Assembly: GCA_001695645.1 (NCBI GenBank)
Contig: LVZN01000009.1
Span: 1-32,000 of the forward strand
From: Erysipelotrichaceae bacterium MTC7
Lineage (GTDB): Bacteria > Bacillota_I > Bacilli_A > Erysipelotrichales > Erysipelotrichaceae
Direction: 5' to 3'
Length of the DNA: 32,000 bases
Each line of letters opens with the position of its first letter. Position 1 is the stretch's first letter. Of this stretch, positions 1-7,912 are shown one piece after another. The position numbers and the translations under genes were made by a program. Below the pieces are notes generated by a model, which was not told where the DNA came from, did not search any database, and saw only the letters and a list, made by a program, of their open reading frames with translations.

Positions 1-140
1 TACGAATACAAGCTTTGACTTAGAACATATTTAAAACCGTAGGAACTACGGGGATAGCTTGGTAAATAAGAGACACCTCTGTTAGTGAAGACATAAACTA
101 TCAAGTATGCTCTATTCCCAAGAATCTCGTGACTTCAGTC

Positions 141-584
141 ATGAGAGGTTCAATATGTCTACTATTAGGGATGTCATTAGTAGCTTGTTCATCAGGGACG
201 GCAAGTAAAACGGAAACGACTGTTTGTACGTACAAAGAGGGAGATGATGAAATCCGTGTTACGGTTAAGCCAGACGGAGAAAAAATCAAAACAGTTGATT
301 ATGAAATGATCACAAAAAGTGATGAATTCAAGGATGTAAAAGAAGAGGAAGTTGCTGCATTTGAAAAAACAATGCAAGATAAAATGAAAGATGCAGAAGG
401 TTTAACTGTAGGGGTTAAAGTAAAAGACGGTGCAATGATCTTAACATTATCAATGGATATTGCTAAAATCTCGGAATTTCCTTCATTGATGCAAGGAACA
501 GACTTTACTGTTGATCAACTAAAAAGTGCAACAGTTAAAGAGTTCGTAAAAGAATTGGAAGAAGAAGGGGCTACTTGTAAGTAA
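141..584 (+). CDS. Putative secreted lipoprotein (small, Lys/Glu-rich; YehR/DUF1307-like in general appearance)
   Basis: Track ORF is 129..584. The internal ATG at 141 gives MRGSICLLLGMSLVAC-SSG, a signal peptide with an L-V-A-C lipobox. A terminator hairpin follows directly. No clear Shine-Dalgarno sequence is present. Confidence 0.7.
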   Translation: MRGSICLLLGMSLVACSSGTASKTETTVCTYKEGDDEIRVTVKPDGEKIKTVDYEMITKSDEFKDVKEEEVAAFEKTMQDKMKDAEGLTVGVKVKDGAMILTLSMDIAKISEFPSLMQGTDFTVDQLKSATVKEFVKELEEEGATCK

Positions 585-585
585 C

Positions 586-610
586 AAAAACCCGCTAAAC
601 GGCGGGTTTT
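586..610. terminator. Rho-independent terminator, bidirectional in form
   Basis: AAAAA-CCCGC-taaacg-GCGGG-TTTT lies 2 nt after the lipoprotein stop. An A-run upstream and a T-run downstream flank the stem. Confidence 0.75.
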
Positions 611-633
611 AATATGCTTAGATTTACCTTGTA

Positions 634-735
634 TTATCGTTTTCCTGCTGCATTATTAAATCCACTAATGAATGCCCAACATAACGCAAATGGGAAAAGA
701 CAAATCCATAACATGAGTTTAATGATTACTTTCAT
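634..735 (-). CDS. Hypothetical 33-aa hydrophobic peptide (not in the supplied ORF track)
   Basis: Reverse-strand ATG at 735 reads MKVIIKLMLWICLFPFALCWAFISGFNNAAGKR and ends at TAA (636..634). A GAGAGGATAGG purine-rich stretch lies upstream and a TATAAT box further upstream on the minus strand. The ORF sits alone between two terminators. Confidence 0.25.
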   Translation of the reverse strand: MKVIIKLMLWICLFPFALCWAFISGFNNAAGKR

Positions 736-852
736 ATGTTTTCCTATCCTCTCTTTATTCTTACTTTGATTATACGCTACTGATTTACAATTAACGAATC
801 ATATGAGAACTCTATTTCTTTCTACATGCATATTGTAACAACATCAGTGGCA

Positions 853-876
853 CAAAAAAACGCCATCTAGGCGTTT
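853..876 (-). terminator. Rho-independent terminator of the sdpI-like gene
   Basis: The minus strand reads AAACGCC-tagat-GGCGTTTTTTT. The hairpin overlaps the stop codon at 875..877. Confidence 0.75.
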
Positions 877-1543
877 ATGCGTGATATTCTTTTTTATACT
901 CTTTATATGAGTAGATAGTTGGAACAAGTATTGAGATGACAATAAGTATTGACATAGTAGCAAAAGCAACTTCTTCTGGGAGTATTACTAAAGTTAAGAA
1001 ACCAAGAATGATAATAATGAATCCTGATAATGCCCAAATTGGACCAGCAAATCGATGTGTTTTTTCCCAGTTTGAAGGAGAAGCAAGTGTCCAAGGTAGT
1101 TTGATTCCAAGCCAGTAATTGTGTCGTACTTTTGGTAAGTAATTTCCAGTAACAAGGAAGATCACTCCAATAAATACCATGACTACGGTTGAAATGATTT
1201 GTGGACCAGTGTAGATACTAAAAATACTAGCTCCAATGACAATCATGGTTAATAAAGGTACGAAATAGTAAAACATGATGCTTGCTAGTTTACTATATTT
1301 GACACCATGTTTGTCTGGTAAAATTCTTTGCAAAAATAATAGGAATATGTGTAATGCAAGCATTCCCGCTAGTTCGATAAATAGTATCGATTTATTCATC
1401 CACTGGTCTGCTTGTCCGTGCATGTTCCAATGAGAGGGAATTGTTTTTGGTAAGTCATTGTATGTGAGTAAGATTAATGCTAACGGCAATAAATATAATA
1501 AGAAACTAAAAACTAGTAACTTTTTGTTGTAGTAAGTTTTCAT
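875..1543 (-). CDS. sdpI: SdpI/YhfL-family integral membrane protein (immunity/signal-transduction type, DUF1648 N-terminus)
   Basis: 222 aa with about 6 predicted TM helices. It carries the N-terminal motif IPSHWNMHGQADQW typical of the SdpI family. It overlaps the upstream ArsR-type gene by 4 nt (ATGA). Confidence 0.75.
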   Translation of the reverse strand: MKTYYNKKLLVFSFLLYLLPLALILLTYNDLPKTIPSHWNMHGQADQWMNKSILFIELAGMLALHIFLLFLQRILPDKHGVKYSKLASIMFYYFVPLLTMIVIGASIFSIYTGPQIISTVVMVFIGVIFLVTGNYLPKVRHNYWLGIKLPWTLASPSNWEKTHRFAGPIWALSGFIIIILGFLTLVILPEEVAFATMSILIVISILVPTIYSYKEYKKEYHA

Positions 1544-1812
1544 TCGTTGTGTCCTTTCTTAAACTGGGTAACCCATAAAGAGAGTTCTTCAAAAACAGAA
1601 GTGTTTAATCCATAATAGATGAAGTTCTTTTCTTTGCGTTCATAAACTAAATCAGCTTTCTTTAAAATGGAAAGGTGATGTGAGATGGTTGCTTTTGATA
1701 ATTCGAATTGGTCTGAAATATCTCCTGCAGATTTTTCACCTTGTTTTAAGTAGGTGAGTATTTCTCGGCGTACTGGATCTGCTAAAGCTTTAAATGTTTC
1801 ATGAAATCCCAT
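1540..1812 (-). CDS. sdpR: ArsR-family autorepressor, SdpR type
   Basis: ALADPVRREILTYLKQGEKSAGDISDQFELSKATISHHLSILKKADLV is an ArsR/SmtB winged helix-turn-helix. I chose the ATG at 1812 because AAAGGAG lies 6 nt upstream; the track start at 1818 is a GTG abutting that SD. Confidence 0.8.
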   Translation of the reverse strand: MGFHETFKALADPVRREILTYLKQGEKSAGDISDQFELSKATISHHLSILKKADLVYERKEKNFIYYGLNTSVFEELSLWVTQFKKGHNE

Positions 1813-1832
1813 AAACACTCCTTTCGTAGTTT

Positions 1833-1879
1833 AGATATTTATCTAAATAGATAATAGTACAAAGTATCAGACAATGCAA
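1833..1879 (-). promoter_or_regulatory. sdpR-like promoter with overlapping dyad operators
   Basis: The minus strand reads TTGCAT (1879..1874), a 17-nt spacer, then TATTAT (1856..1851). Immediately downstream are two overlapping dyads: AGATAtttTATCT-type (1833..1844) and ATCTAaaTAGAT (1841..1852). Confidence 0.55.
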
Positions 1880-1880
1880 C

Positions 1881-1904
1881 TAAAAACACCTCATAAGAGG
1901 TGTT
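1881..1904 (-). terminator. Rho-independent terminator of the HAD gene
   Basis: The minus strand reads AACACCTC-ttat-GAGGTGTT-TTT, directly after the stop at 1908. Confidence 0.75.
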
Positions 1905-1907
1905 AAA

Positions 1908-2765
1908 TTAGTTAATGTGTGTTTCAATCGCTTTATAGATTCCATCATTATCGTTTGTGTCTGTAATCCATTTTGCGAGTTTGAGAATGGGTTGACTAGA
2001 TTTACCCATTGCAATAGAGTTTGGAAAACTTTCGAAGAGTTCGAGATCATTCATACTGTCCCCAAAGACATAGATATCGTGGTGATCAACTCCAATTTCT
2101 TTTGCATAATCGTTTAATAAAGTTGCTTTGTTGGCATCTTTTGATGTGATTTCAAGGAATGCTTCAAATGAAGAGTGAATGGCAATTGAAGAAATGGCTA
2201 AAATTTGTGCTTTACCAGCTTTTAAGTTTTCTTGATTAAAATTACGTGCATCAATTTTTAAAATCTTAGCACCTGAAGCTATAAATTCATCGATGGTATG
2301 AACTTGATGTGTATTTGCTAGAAAGTATTTTTTTACAAACAATGGAGCATGTTCGACGTTTCCTAATGTTCCATTTCGTTTCTTTTTTGCCATGGTAATA
2401 TGGTCATTAAAGAACTGCTCTTTATCTGCGAAAATATATTTTCCTTGATCCGTGTGTAAGGCAAAATGGAAATTGTAGTTGAGTAAGATTTCAAGTATTT
2501 TTATACTTGTTGCTTGATTCATTGGGATTTCTTTTTTTACCTTGTCATCACTAGAAATGTATTGATGACCATTATTGAGTAATAGATCACAGTGTAAGTG
2601 GTAAGTATCGACAATGGGTTTTACAATATCGTAATTTCGGCCACTGACAATGCACATTTTATTTCCTTTATCGACGAACTCTCGAATGGCTTTTAGTGAG
2701 GATTCTGCAATTTCTTGATTGCTTGTTAGTAAGGTTCCATCCAAATCAAATGCTAATAATTTCAT
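1908..2765 (-). CDS. Cof-type HAD-IIB sugar-phosphate phosphatase
   Basis: 285 aa. Motif I is MKLLAFDLDGTLL and motif IV is FGDSMNDLELF, with a large cap insertion typical of the Cof subfamily. It lies only 25 nt downstream of the regulator gene, so it is probably co-transcribed. Confidence 0.85.
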   Translation of the reverse strand: MKLLAFDLDGTLLTSNQEIAESSLKAIREFVDKGNKMCIVSGRNYDIVKPIVDTYHLHCDLLLNNGHQYISSDDKVKKEIPMNQATSIKILEILLNYNFHFALHTDQGKYIFADKEQFFNDHITMAKKKRNGTLGNVEHAPLFVKKYFLANTHQVHTIDEFIASGAKILKIDARNFNQENLKAGKAQILAISSIAIHSSFEAFLEITSKDANKATLLNDYAKEIGVDHHDIYVFGDSMNDLELFESFPNSIAMGKSSQPILKLAKWITDTNDNDGIYKAIETHIN

Positions 2766-2790
2766 ATGTCGTCATCTTCCTTTCAAGTAT

Positions 2791-4347
2791 TTATATAAAG
2801 TAATCGTTATAAGTGTTCCTTAGGTATGCTATCATATCTTCTTTCGATAATCCATAGATATCTTCGACAAATGATGCGGTAAGGAATTTTGTTTCAATCC
2901 GCGAAAAACCATAAAGTACAAGTCGTTCGATGTCATTATCACTTAAAAAGAAGTTTAACAAAAGCACTGGAAAATCATCTTGCTTCAAGATTGAATAGAT
3001 CCGTTCGGATAGACTGATGACATAGTCGTACTTCATATGATGCAGCTTTTCTTTCTCACTTAGTTGAATGATACTCACCAGATTGACGTTGAGTACTTCC
3101 TTGAGTTGGGCCATAAAATAGTCGATTCTTGCATATGTAGAGTTACTAACAATCACGATATCTTTTGCTTTACTTTGCATCTTTGTGTTGATGATGCGGT
3201 TACGAATAATGTTCTTTTGAATGAGTAGAGTTAACGAAGTATATTCCTCATCCTCGAAATCAAGTTCATAGGTTGCTTCAATATCACGGCTATACTTTTG
3301 AACGATTTCGTAAAGTACAGGAAAGTGATCTTTTGTGTTGCGAACAAGTCGGTCTAACAAATTTACGCGAAGATGACTTTGAATGATTTTTTTGTAGAAG
3401 TAGCGATAGCAATCGTTGATCAAATCTTGGTCTTCATAGATTTGACTTGTGAGACTGTTTCGTACATTTGCAACAAACGTTGTAGTAATGTTTGCTAGTT
3501 TTTCATCGTAAGGAAAATCCAATAACTTGGAGAAATCAAGAAGGTTCATAACCAGGTTATATACATTGTTTTCTTCCGTATCATCAGTGAAATAGATGTG
3601 ACGGGGAACAAGTGGTAAGTTTTGTCGATAATTTTCACCAAGTTTGAACGGTTGCAATTTTGTTAGACAGATAAAGATAAAGAAAAACTTGGTAGAGAAC
3701 GTAGTCATGTGCATATCATAGTTTGTTAAGAACTGATCGATTTTAGCAAAGGCTTCTTCTCGATAGCCTTCTAGTTTTTCAAGATATGTGTAACAAAGGT
3801 GTTCCATTGGATTGTTGCTGATACGTTCGGTAATCGTTGTATCTTGTTGAAGGTCAAATAGAATATACATGATTCTTGCTACCAACAAATGGAAGTATAG
3901 TGGTTCACCAACAATCGTTAAACCTTTCTTATGGACGGTTTGAATCGCTAAATGATAGGTCGCTAAATAGGCCTTTAAAGCTTGCATATCGTGTTTCTTC
4001 GTTGTCAAAGATAAATTCCAAGATGCATATAGGTCACTTGTGTTCACGTAAGGATGAAAAAATGCTTTAATAATAAAGACATTCATGCGCTCCATTTGTG
4101 TGCTATCATAATCAAACATTGATAAGTTTCTAATGAAGATAGCAAGTTCTTCATAGGACAATTTACACGTACAAATGCTGCGTTTAATCTCGATTAACGG
4201 TTCATTTGCATACAAGTTCATCATATCGACCTTGCGTCGAATCGATGTCGAGTTTTTATGGAACCGATGCGAAAGTTCATGTAAAGTGATTTGTTGTTGA
4301 TCTTGGACATAACGTAATATTTTTAAGTCTTCATTTGTAATACCCAT
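2791..4347 (-). CDS. Mga/PRD-family-like HTH transcriptional regulator (two N-terminal winged HTH regions, helical PRD-like middle, C-terminal EIIB-like domain without Cys)
   Basis: I chose the start at ATG 4347 (MGITNEDLKILRYV...) because GGAGGTA lies at 4351..4357 on the reverse strand; the track start is 4392. Domain order was inferred by eye. It is divergent from the PTS operon. Confidence 0.6.
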   Translation of the reverse strand: MGITNEDLKILRYVQDQQQITLHELSHRFHKNSTSIRRKVDMMNLYANEPLIEIKRSICTCKLSYEELAIFIRNLSMFDYDSTQMERMNVFIIKAFFHPYVNTSDLYASWNLSLTTKKHDMQALKAYLATYHLAIQTVHKKGLTIVGEPLYFHLLVARIMYILFDLQQDTTITERISNNPMEHLCYTYLEKLEGYREEAFAKIDQFLTNYDMHMTTFSTKFFFIFICLTKLQPFKLGENYRQNLPLVPRHIYFTDDTEENNVYNLVMNLLDFSKLLDFPYDEKLANITTTFVANVRNSLTSQIYEDQDLINDCYRYFYKKIIQSHLRVNLLDRLVRNTKDHFPVLYEIVQKYSRDIEATYELDFEDEEYTSLTLLIQKNIIRNRIINTKMQSKAKDIVIVSNSTYARIDYFMAQLKEVLNVNLVSIIQLSEKEKLHHMKYDYVISLSERIYSILKQDDFPVLLLNFFLSDNDIERLVLYGFSRIETKFLTASFVEDIYGLSKEDMIAYLRNTYNDYFI

Positions 4348-4484
4348 AAGTACCTCCGGGGCTATTATACGTTTAGGGGTAAGTTTATGCAACTAAATAT
4401 TATAAAAATGATGCCTTGATACACTATCTAAAATGAAGGAGAATGTGGATACAAAGCAAAGGAGATTTTGCAGAGGAGAAAACG

Positions 4485-6068
4485 ATGAAGAAAAAAAGAG
4501 AGAGAACTTCAAGTTGGAAAGATAGTATTCAAGTCTTTGGACGATCACTATTACTTCCAATTGCCGTACTAGCCCCTGTTGGTATGGTTATGGGGATTTG
4601 TAGCGCCTTAACACAAAGCTACATGATTGAAAAGGTTGCATTCCTAGACAATGGAACATTACAAATGATCTTATCTGGACTACAAACCATTTCAAGTGTT
4701 GTATTCAATAACATTCCAATTTTATTCGCGATGGGGGTTGCCCAAGGTGTAGCGAACAAGGAAAAAGGGATTGCCGTATTTGCTGCTGTTGTTGGGTACT
4801 TAACATTAAACCAAACAATGAATGTATTCTTAACCATTACAGGAAACCTTGCAGATGCTGATACCATGGCACAAGTTGGTCAAGGTCTGGTCTTGGGTGT
4901 ACAAACTGTAAAACTAGAAGCGTTTGGTGGGATTCTATGTGGTTTAGTTGCTGCTAAAGTAGCAAACCGATTCTATAACTTAGAATTGCCATTAGCATTT
5001 GCTTTCTTTGGTGGTAAGAAATCAATTCCAATTATTACCATTGCCCTTATGGTTCCAATTGGGTTTATCGTTCCAATTATTTGGGATTTATTAACACGTT
5101 TCTTAATTAGCATTTCATTTATTTTCACAACACCATACATTGGTAATGGTATCTACTATGCACTAAACCGTGCCTTGATTCCATTTGGATTGCACCATGT
5201 GTTATCTTCAATTGTTCGCTTTACTGAAGCAGGTGGAATTTACGTAATTGATGGTGCTGAATATGTTGGGATTTTGCCAGCAATTAATGAAATTTTATTT
5301 AAACTTGGTCCAACTCATGAAGCTTGGGGAGAGTTGATGCCTAAACTTACAAGTTACCTTGGTGGGGGACAAATGTTAACAACATTATTTAGAGTTCCAG
5401 CAATTGGACTTGCGATGTACCAAACATCATTCCTTAAAAATAGAAAGATTGCAAAAGGGGTTATCCTTACTTGTTGTTTAACCGCATTCTTAGGAAATAT
5501 TACAGAACCACTTGAGTTCTCATTCCTATTTATTTCACCTTTACTATTCGTACTATACTGTATTTTATCTGGATTGATGTCAATTCCTTACCAATTGTTA
5601 CACATTTCAATTGGATACATTCGTGGAACAATCTTCGACTTTGGAATTTTCGGACTACTTTATGACAACACAAACTGGATCAACCTGATTTTATTAGGTC
5701 TTGTAAACTTTGTTGTCTTCTACTTCTTCTTTAAATGGTTTATCGTTCGTTTCAAATTGGAAACACCAGGACGTGAATCATTTGAATTAAGTGAAGAAAG
5801 TAGCCAATTGATTAAAGAGAAAAACTGGAGTGTGATTGCGGAAATCGTTATCGAAGGATTGGGAGGTCCAGCAAACATTAAGTCAGTTGAAAACTGTATC
5901 TCAAGATTACGTATTGACTTGGTTGACCCATCAATTGTGGATCAAGCAAAAATTAAGGAATCAGGTGCTGCTGGATTGTTCTTCCCAAAAGAAGATCATA
6001 TTCACATTGTCTTTGGACCACACGTTGAGTTCGTTAAATTAGCAGTAGATGAAAAGATAAAGAAGTAG
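4485..6068 (+). CDS. PTS EIICB component, glucose/N-acetylglucosamine/maltose (Glc) family
   Basis: Polytopic EIIC followed by a C-terminal EIIB-Glc domain with the active-site motif VENCISRLRIDL. I chose the start at ATG 4485 (MKKKRERTSSW) behind GAGGAG; the track start is 4443. Confidence 0.85.
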   Translation: MKKKRERTSSWKDSIQVFGRSLLLPIAVLAPVGMVMGICSALTQSYMIEKVAFLDNGTLQMILSGLQTISSVVFNNIPILFAMGVAQGVANKEKGIAVFAAVVGYLTLNQTMNVFLTITGNLADADTMAQVGQGLVLGVQTVKLEAFGGILCGLVAAKVANRFYNLELPLAFAFFGGKKSIPIITIALMVPIGFIVPIIWDLLTRFLISISFIFTTPYIGNGIYYALNRALIPFGLHHVLSSIVRFTEAGGIYVIDGAEYVGILPAINEILFKLGPTHEAWGELMPKLTSYLGGGQMLTTLFRVPAIGLAMYQTSFLKNRKIAKGVILTCCLTAFLGNITEPLEFSFLFISPLLFVLYCILSGLMSIPYQLLHISIGYIRGTIFDFGIFGLLYDNTNWINLILLGLVNFVVFYFFFKWFIVRFKLETPGRESFELSEESSQLIKEKNWSVIAEIVIEGLGGPANIKSVENCISRLRIDLVDPSIVDQAKIKESGAAGLFFPKEDHIHIVFGPHVEFVKLAVDEKIKK

Positions 6069-6077
6069 GTATATAAG

Positions 6078-7442
6078 ATGAGAGCATTATATGATTCAAA
6101 AAGTAAGTTAGATGATCGTGGTATTAAAGCACTTCTAACTGAAGAAGCAAAAGTAAATACATGGTTACAAGTTGAAGCAGCTTTAGCCTTGTCACAAGCA
6201 GAATGTGGCTTTATTCCTGAACAAGCAGCAAAAGATATTGCAGCTTCATGTAAAATGGAAAACATTGACATGGAAGAAATTGCTAGAATTAAAGCAAAAA
6301 TCGGACATGGATTTGTCCCATTCTTAAAAGTTTTAACAAAAGCTTGTCCTGCAGAAGCAGGTAAGTATGTACACTATGGTGTAACAACACAAAACATTCA
6401 ACAAACGTCACATTTATACTTATTAAAACAAGTAAATGAAATTATCAAAGGTTTCACAGCGGATTGTTTGGTGAGTTTAGCAAACCTTGCAACTAAACAT
6501 GCAAATGATGTGATGCCAGGAAGAACACATGGGAAACACGCCATTCCTATCACATACGGATATAAAGTATCGGTTTGGATTTCTGAATTACTTTCAAATT
6601 TTCAACGAATGGAAGATAGTGAAAAAAGAATTTTCCAAGTAATGATGGGTGGAGCTGTAGGAAGTTTCAACTCAATGGGTCCAGTTGGACGTGAAGTACA
6701 AGATCATGTTGCCAAAAAACTAAACATGGGTTCGATGGAAGTACCTTCAAGAAATATGAGTATTCCAAAAGTTGAGTTCATTTCTAACTTAGCCATGTTA
6801 TGCAATACGTTCCATAAAATGGCAGAAGAAGTATATTACACAGGTCTTGAAGAGTTAGGTGAAGTTAGTGAAGGATTTACACCTGGTACAGTTGGTAGTT
6901 CAACCATGCCACAAAAAATCAATCCAAAACTAGCGAAAGGAATTATTGCCAACTCACAAAAACTATATTCTTTACCAGCAGTCGGTTATTATTCGGCAGT
7001 ACGTATGTTTGAAGGAGACAGTTCTTCATACTTATTATTTGATGGTTTGCTTGAAGAAGCCGTTGAACTAGCAACTGAAGTGTTGATACGTGCAGAAGAA
7101 TTAACAAGAACGATTCAAGTACACCCAGAACGTATGAAATACAATGCCAACTTAAATAAAGGATTGGATAATAGTGAACACATTATGATGGAAGTCGCTA
7201 AGAAGATTGGTAAAGATCCAGCACATGAATTAATGTATGATAAAGCCATGCTTACGGAAATTGATGGTAAGGATTACTTAACGGTATTAAAAGAAGATGC
7301 AACGATTTCTTCTATGTTTACTGAAGCAGAAATTGAAGCACTTACAAACCCAGAAACATATGTTGGGGAAGGTCCTACCATTGCTCATGAAATGGCAGAA
7401 AAAGCAATGACTAAAGCAAAGGAAATTAAAGATGCTGTTTAA
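6078..7442 (+). CDS. Fumarate-lyase superfamily enzyme, adenylosuccinate lyase / 3-carboxymuconate cycloisomerase (PurB/PcaB) branch; substrate unknown
   Basis: 454 aa. The superfamily signature GSSTMPQKINP and the catalytic-His region PGRTHGKHAIP are both intact. The first conserved region reads YVHYGVTTQNIQQTS, which diverges from my recollection of the usual PurB T-S-x-D-x-x-D-T motif. Confidence 0.75.
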   Translation: MRALYDSKSKLDDRGIKALLTEEAKVNTWLQVEAALALSQAECGFIPEQAAKDIAASCKMENIDMEEIARIKAKIGHGFVPFLKVLTKACPAEAGKYVHYGVTTQNIQQTSHLYLLKQVNEIIKGFTADCLVSLANLATKHANDVMPGRTHGKHAIPITYGYKVSVWISELLSNFQRMEDSEKRIFQVMMGGAVGSFNSMGPVGREVQDHVAKKLNMGSMEVPSRNMSIPKVEFISNLAMLCNTFHKMAEEVYYTGLEELGEVSEGFTPGTVGSSTMPQKINPKLAKGIIANSQKLYSLPAVGYYSAVRMFEGDSSSYLLFDGLLEEAVELATEVLIRAEELTRTIQVHPERMKYNANLNKGLDNSEHIMMEVAKKIGKDPAHELMYDKAMLTEIDGKDYLTVLKEDATISSMFTEAEIEALTNPETYVGEGPTIAHEMAEKAMTKAKEIKDAV

Positions 7443-7896
7443 GAAGTCTAAAAAAACAACGATACTTGCTCCTGCAAAAGGAACAATCATCAGTATTGAT
7501 CAAATCCCTGATCCTGTCTTTTCAAGTAAAATGATGGGGGATGGCTTTGGTATTGAAATCACGGATGGTATGATTCATGCACCTGTTGCAGGAACCATCA
7601 AAACGGCATTTCCAACAGGGCATGCCTATGGTATAGAAACCAAAGAAGGAATTGAAGTTCTTGTTCATATTGGTTTAGATACAGTTGAATTGAATGGTGA
7701 TGGTTTTGCTGTGAAAGTAGAAACTGGACAATCGGTCAATGTCGGTGATGTTCTTTGTGTTGTTGATATTGAAAAAGTGAAACAAGCAGGTAAATCGCTT
7801 GTCTCACCAGTAATTATTACAAGTGGACAAAGTATTACAAATGTACAAACTGGTTCTGTTCAAGCACAGGATGAAGTAGCAATCATCCAAAAATAA
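7432..7896 (+). CDS. PTS EIIA component, glucose family
   Basis: 154 aa with DPVFSSKMMGDGFGI and GIEVLVHIGLDTVELNG, the phosphorylatable His region. It overlaps the lyase gene by 11 nt. Confidence 0.9.
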   Translation: MLFKKSKKTTILAPAKGTIISIDQIPDPVFSSKMMGDGFGIEITDGMIHAPVAGTIKTAFPTGHAYGIETKEGIEVLVHIGLDTVELNGDGFAVKVETGQSVNVGDVLCVVDIEKVKQAGKSLVSPVIITSGQSITNVQTGSVQAQDEVAIIQK

Positions 7897-7912
7897 AAAG
7901 GAAGTGATATGC

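Noticed and set aside
37-51. Short perfect hairpin CCGTAG-gaa-CTACGG near the window start, as a possible riboswitch or terminator fragment
   Set aside because: It has no T-tract and no recognisable conserved riboswitch core. The upstream context is cut off by the window edge, so it cannot be interpreted.
4416-4444. Candidate promoter TTGATA-17-GAGAAT for the Glc-PTS/lyase operon
   Set aside because: The -10 hexamer is poor and I could find no better alternative. I left it uncalled rather than report an unsupported promoter. No RAT/terminator antitermination structure is evident in the leader either.
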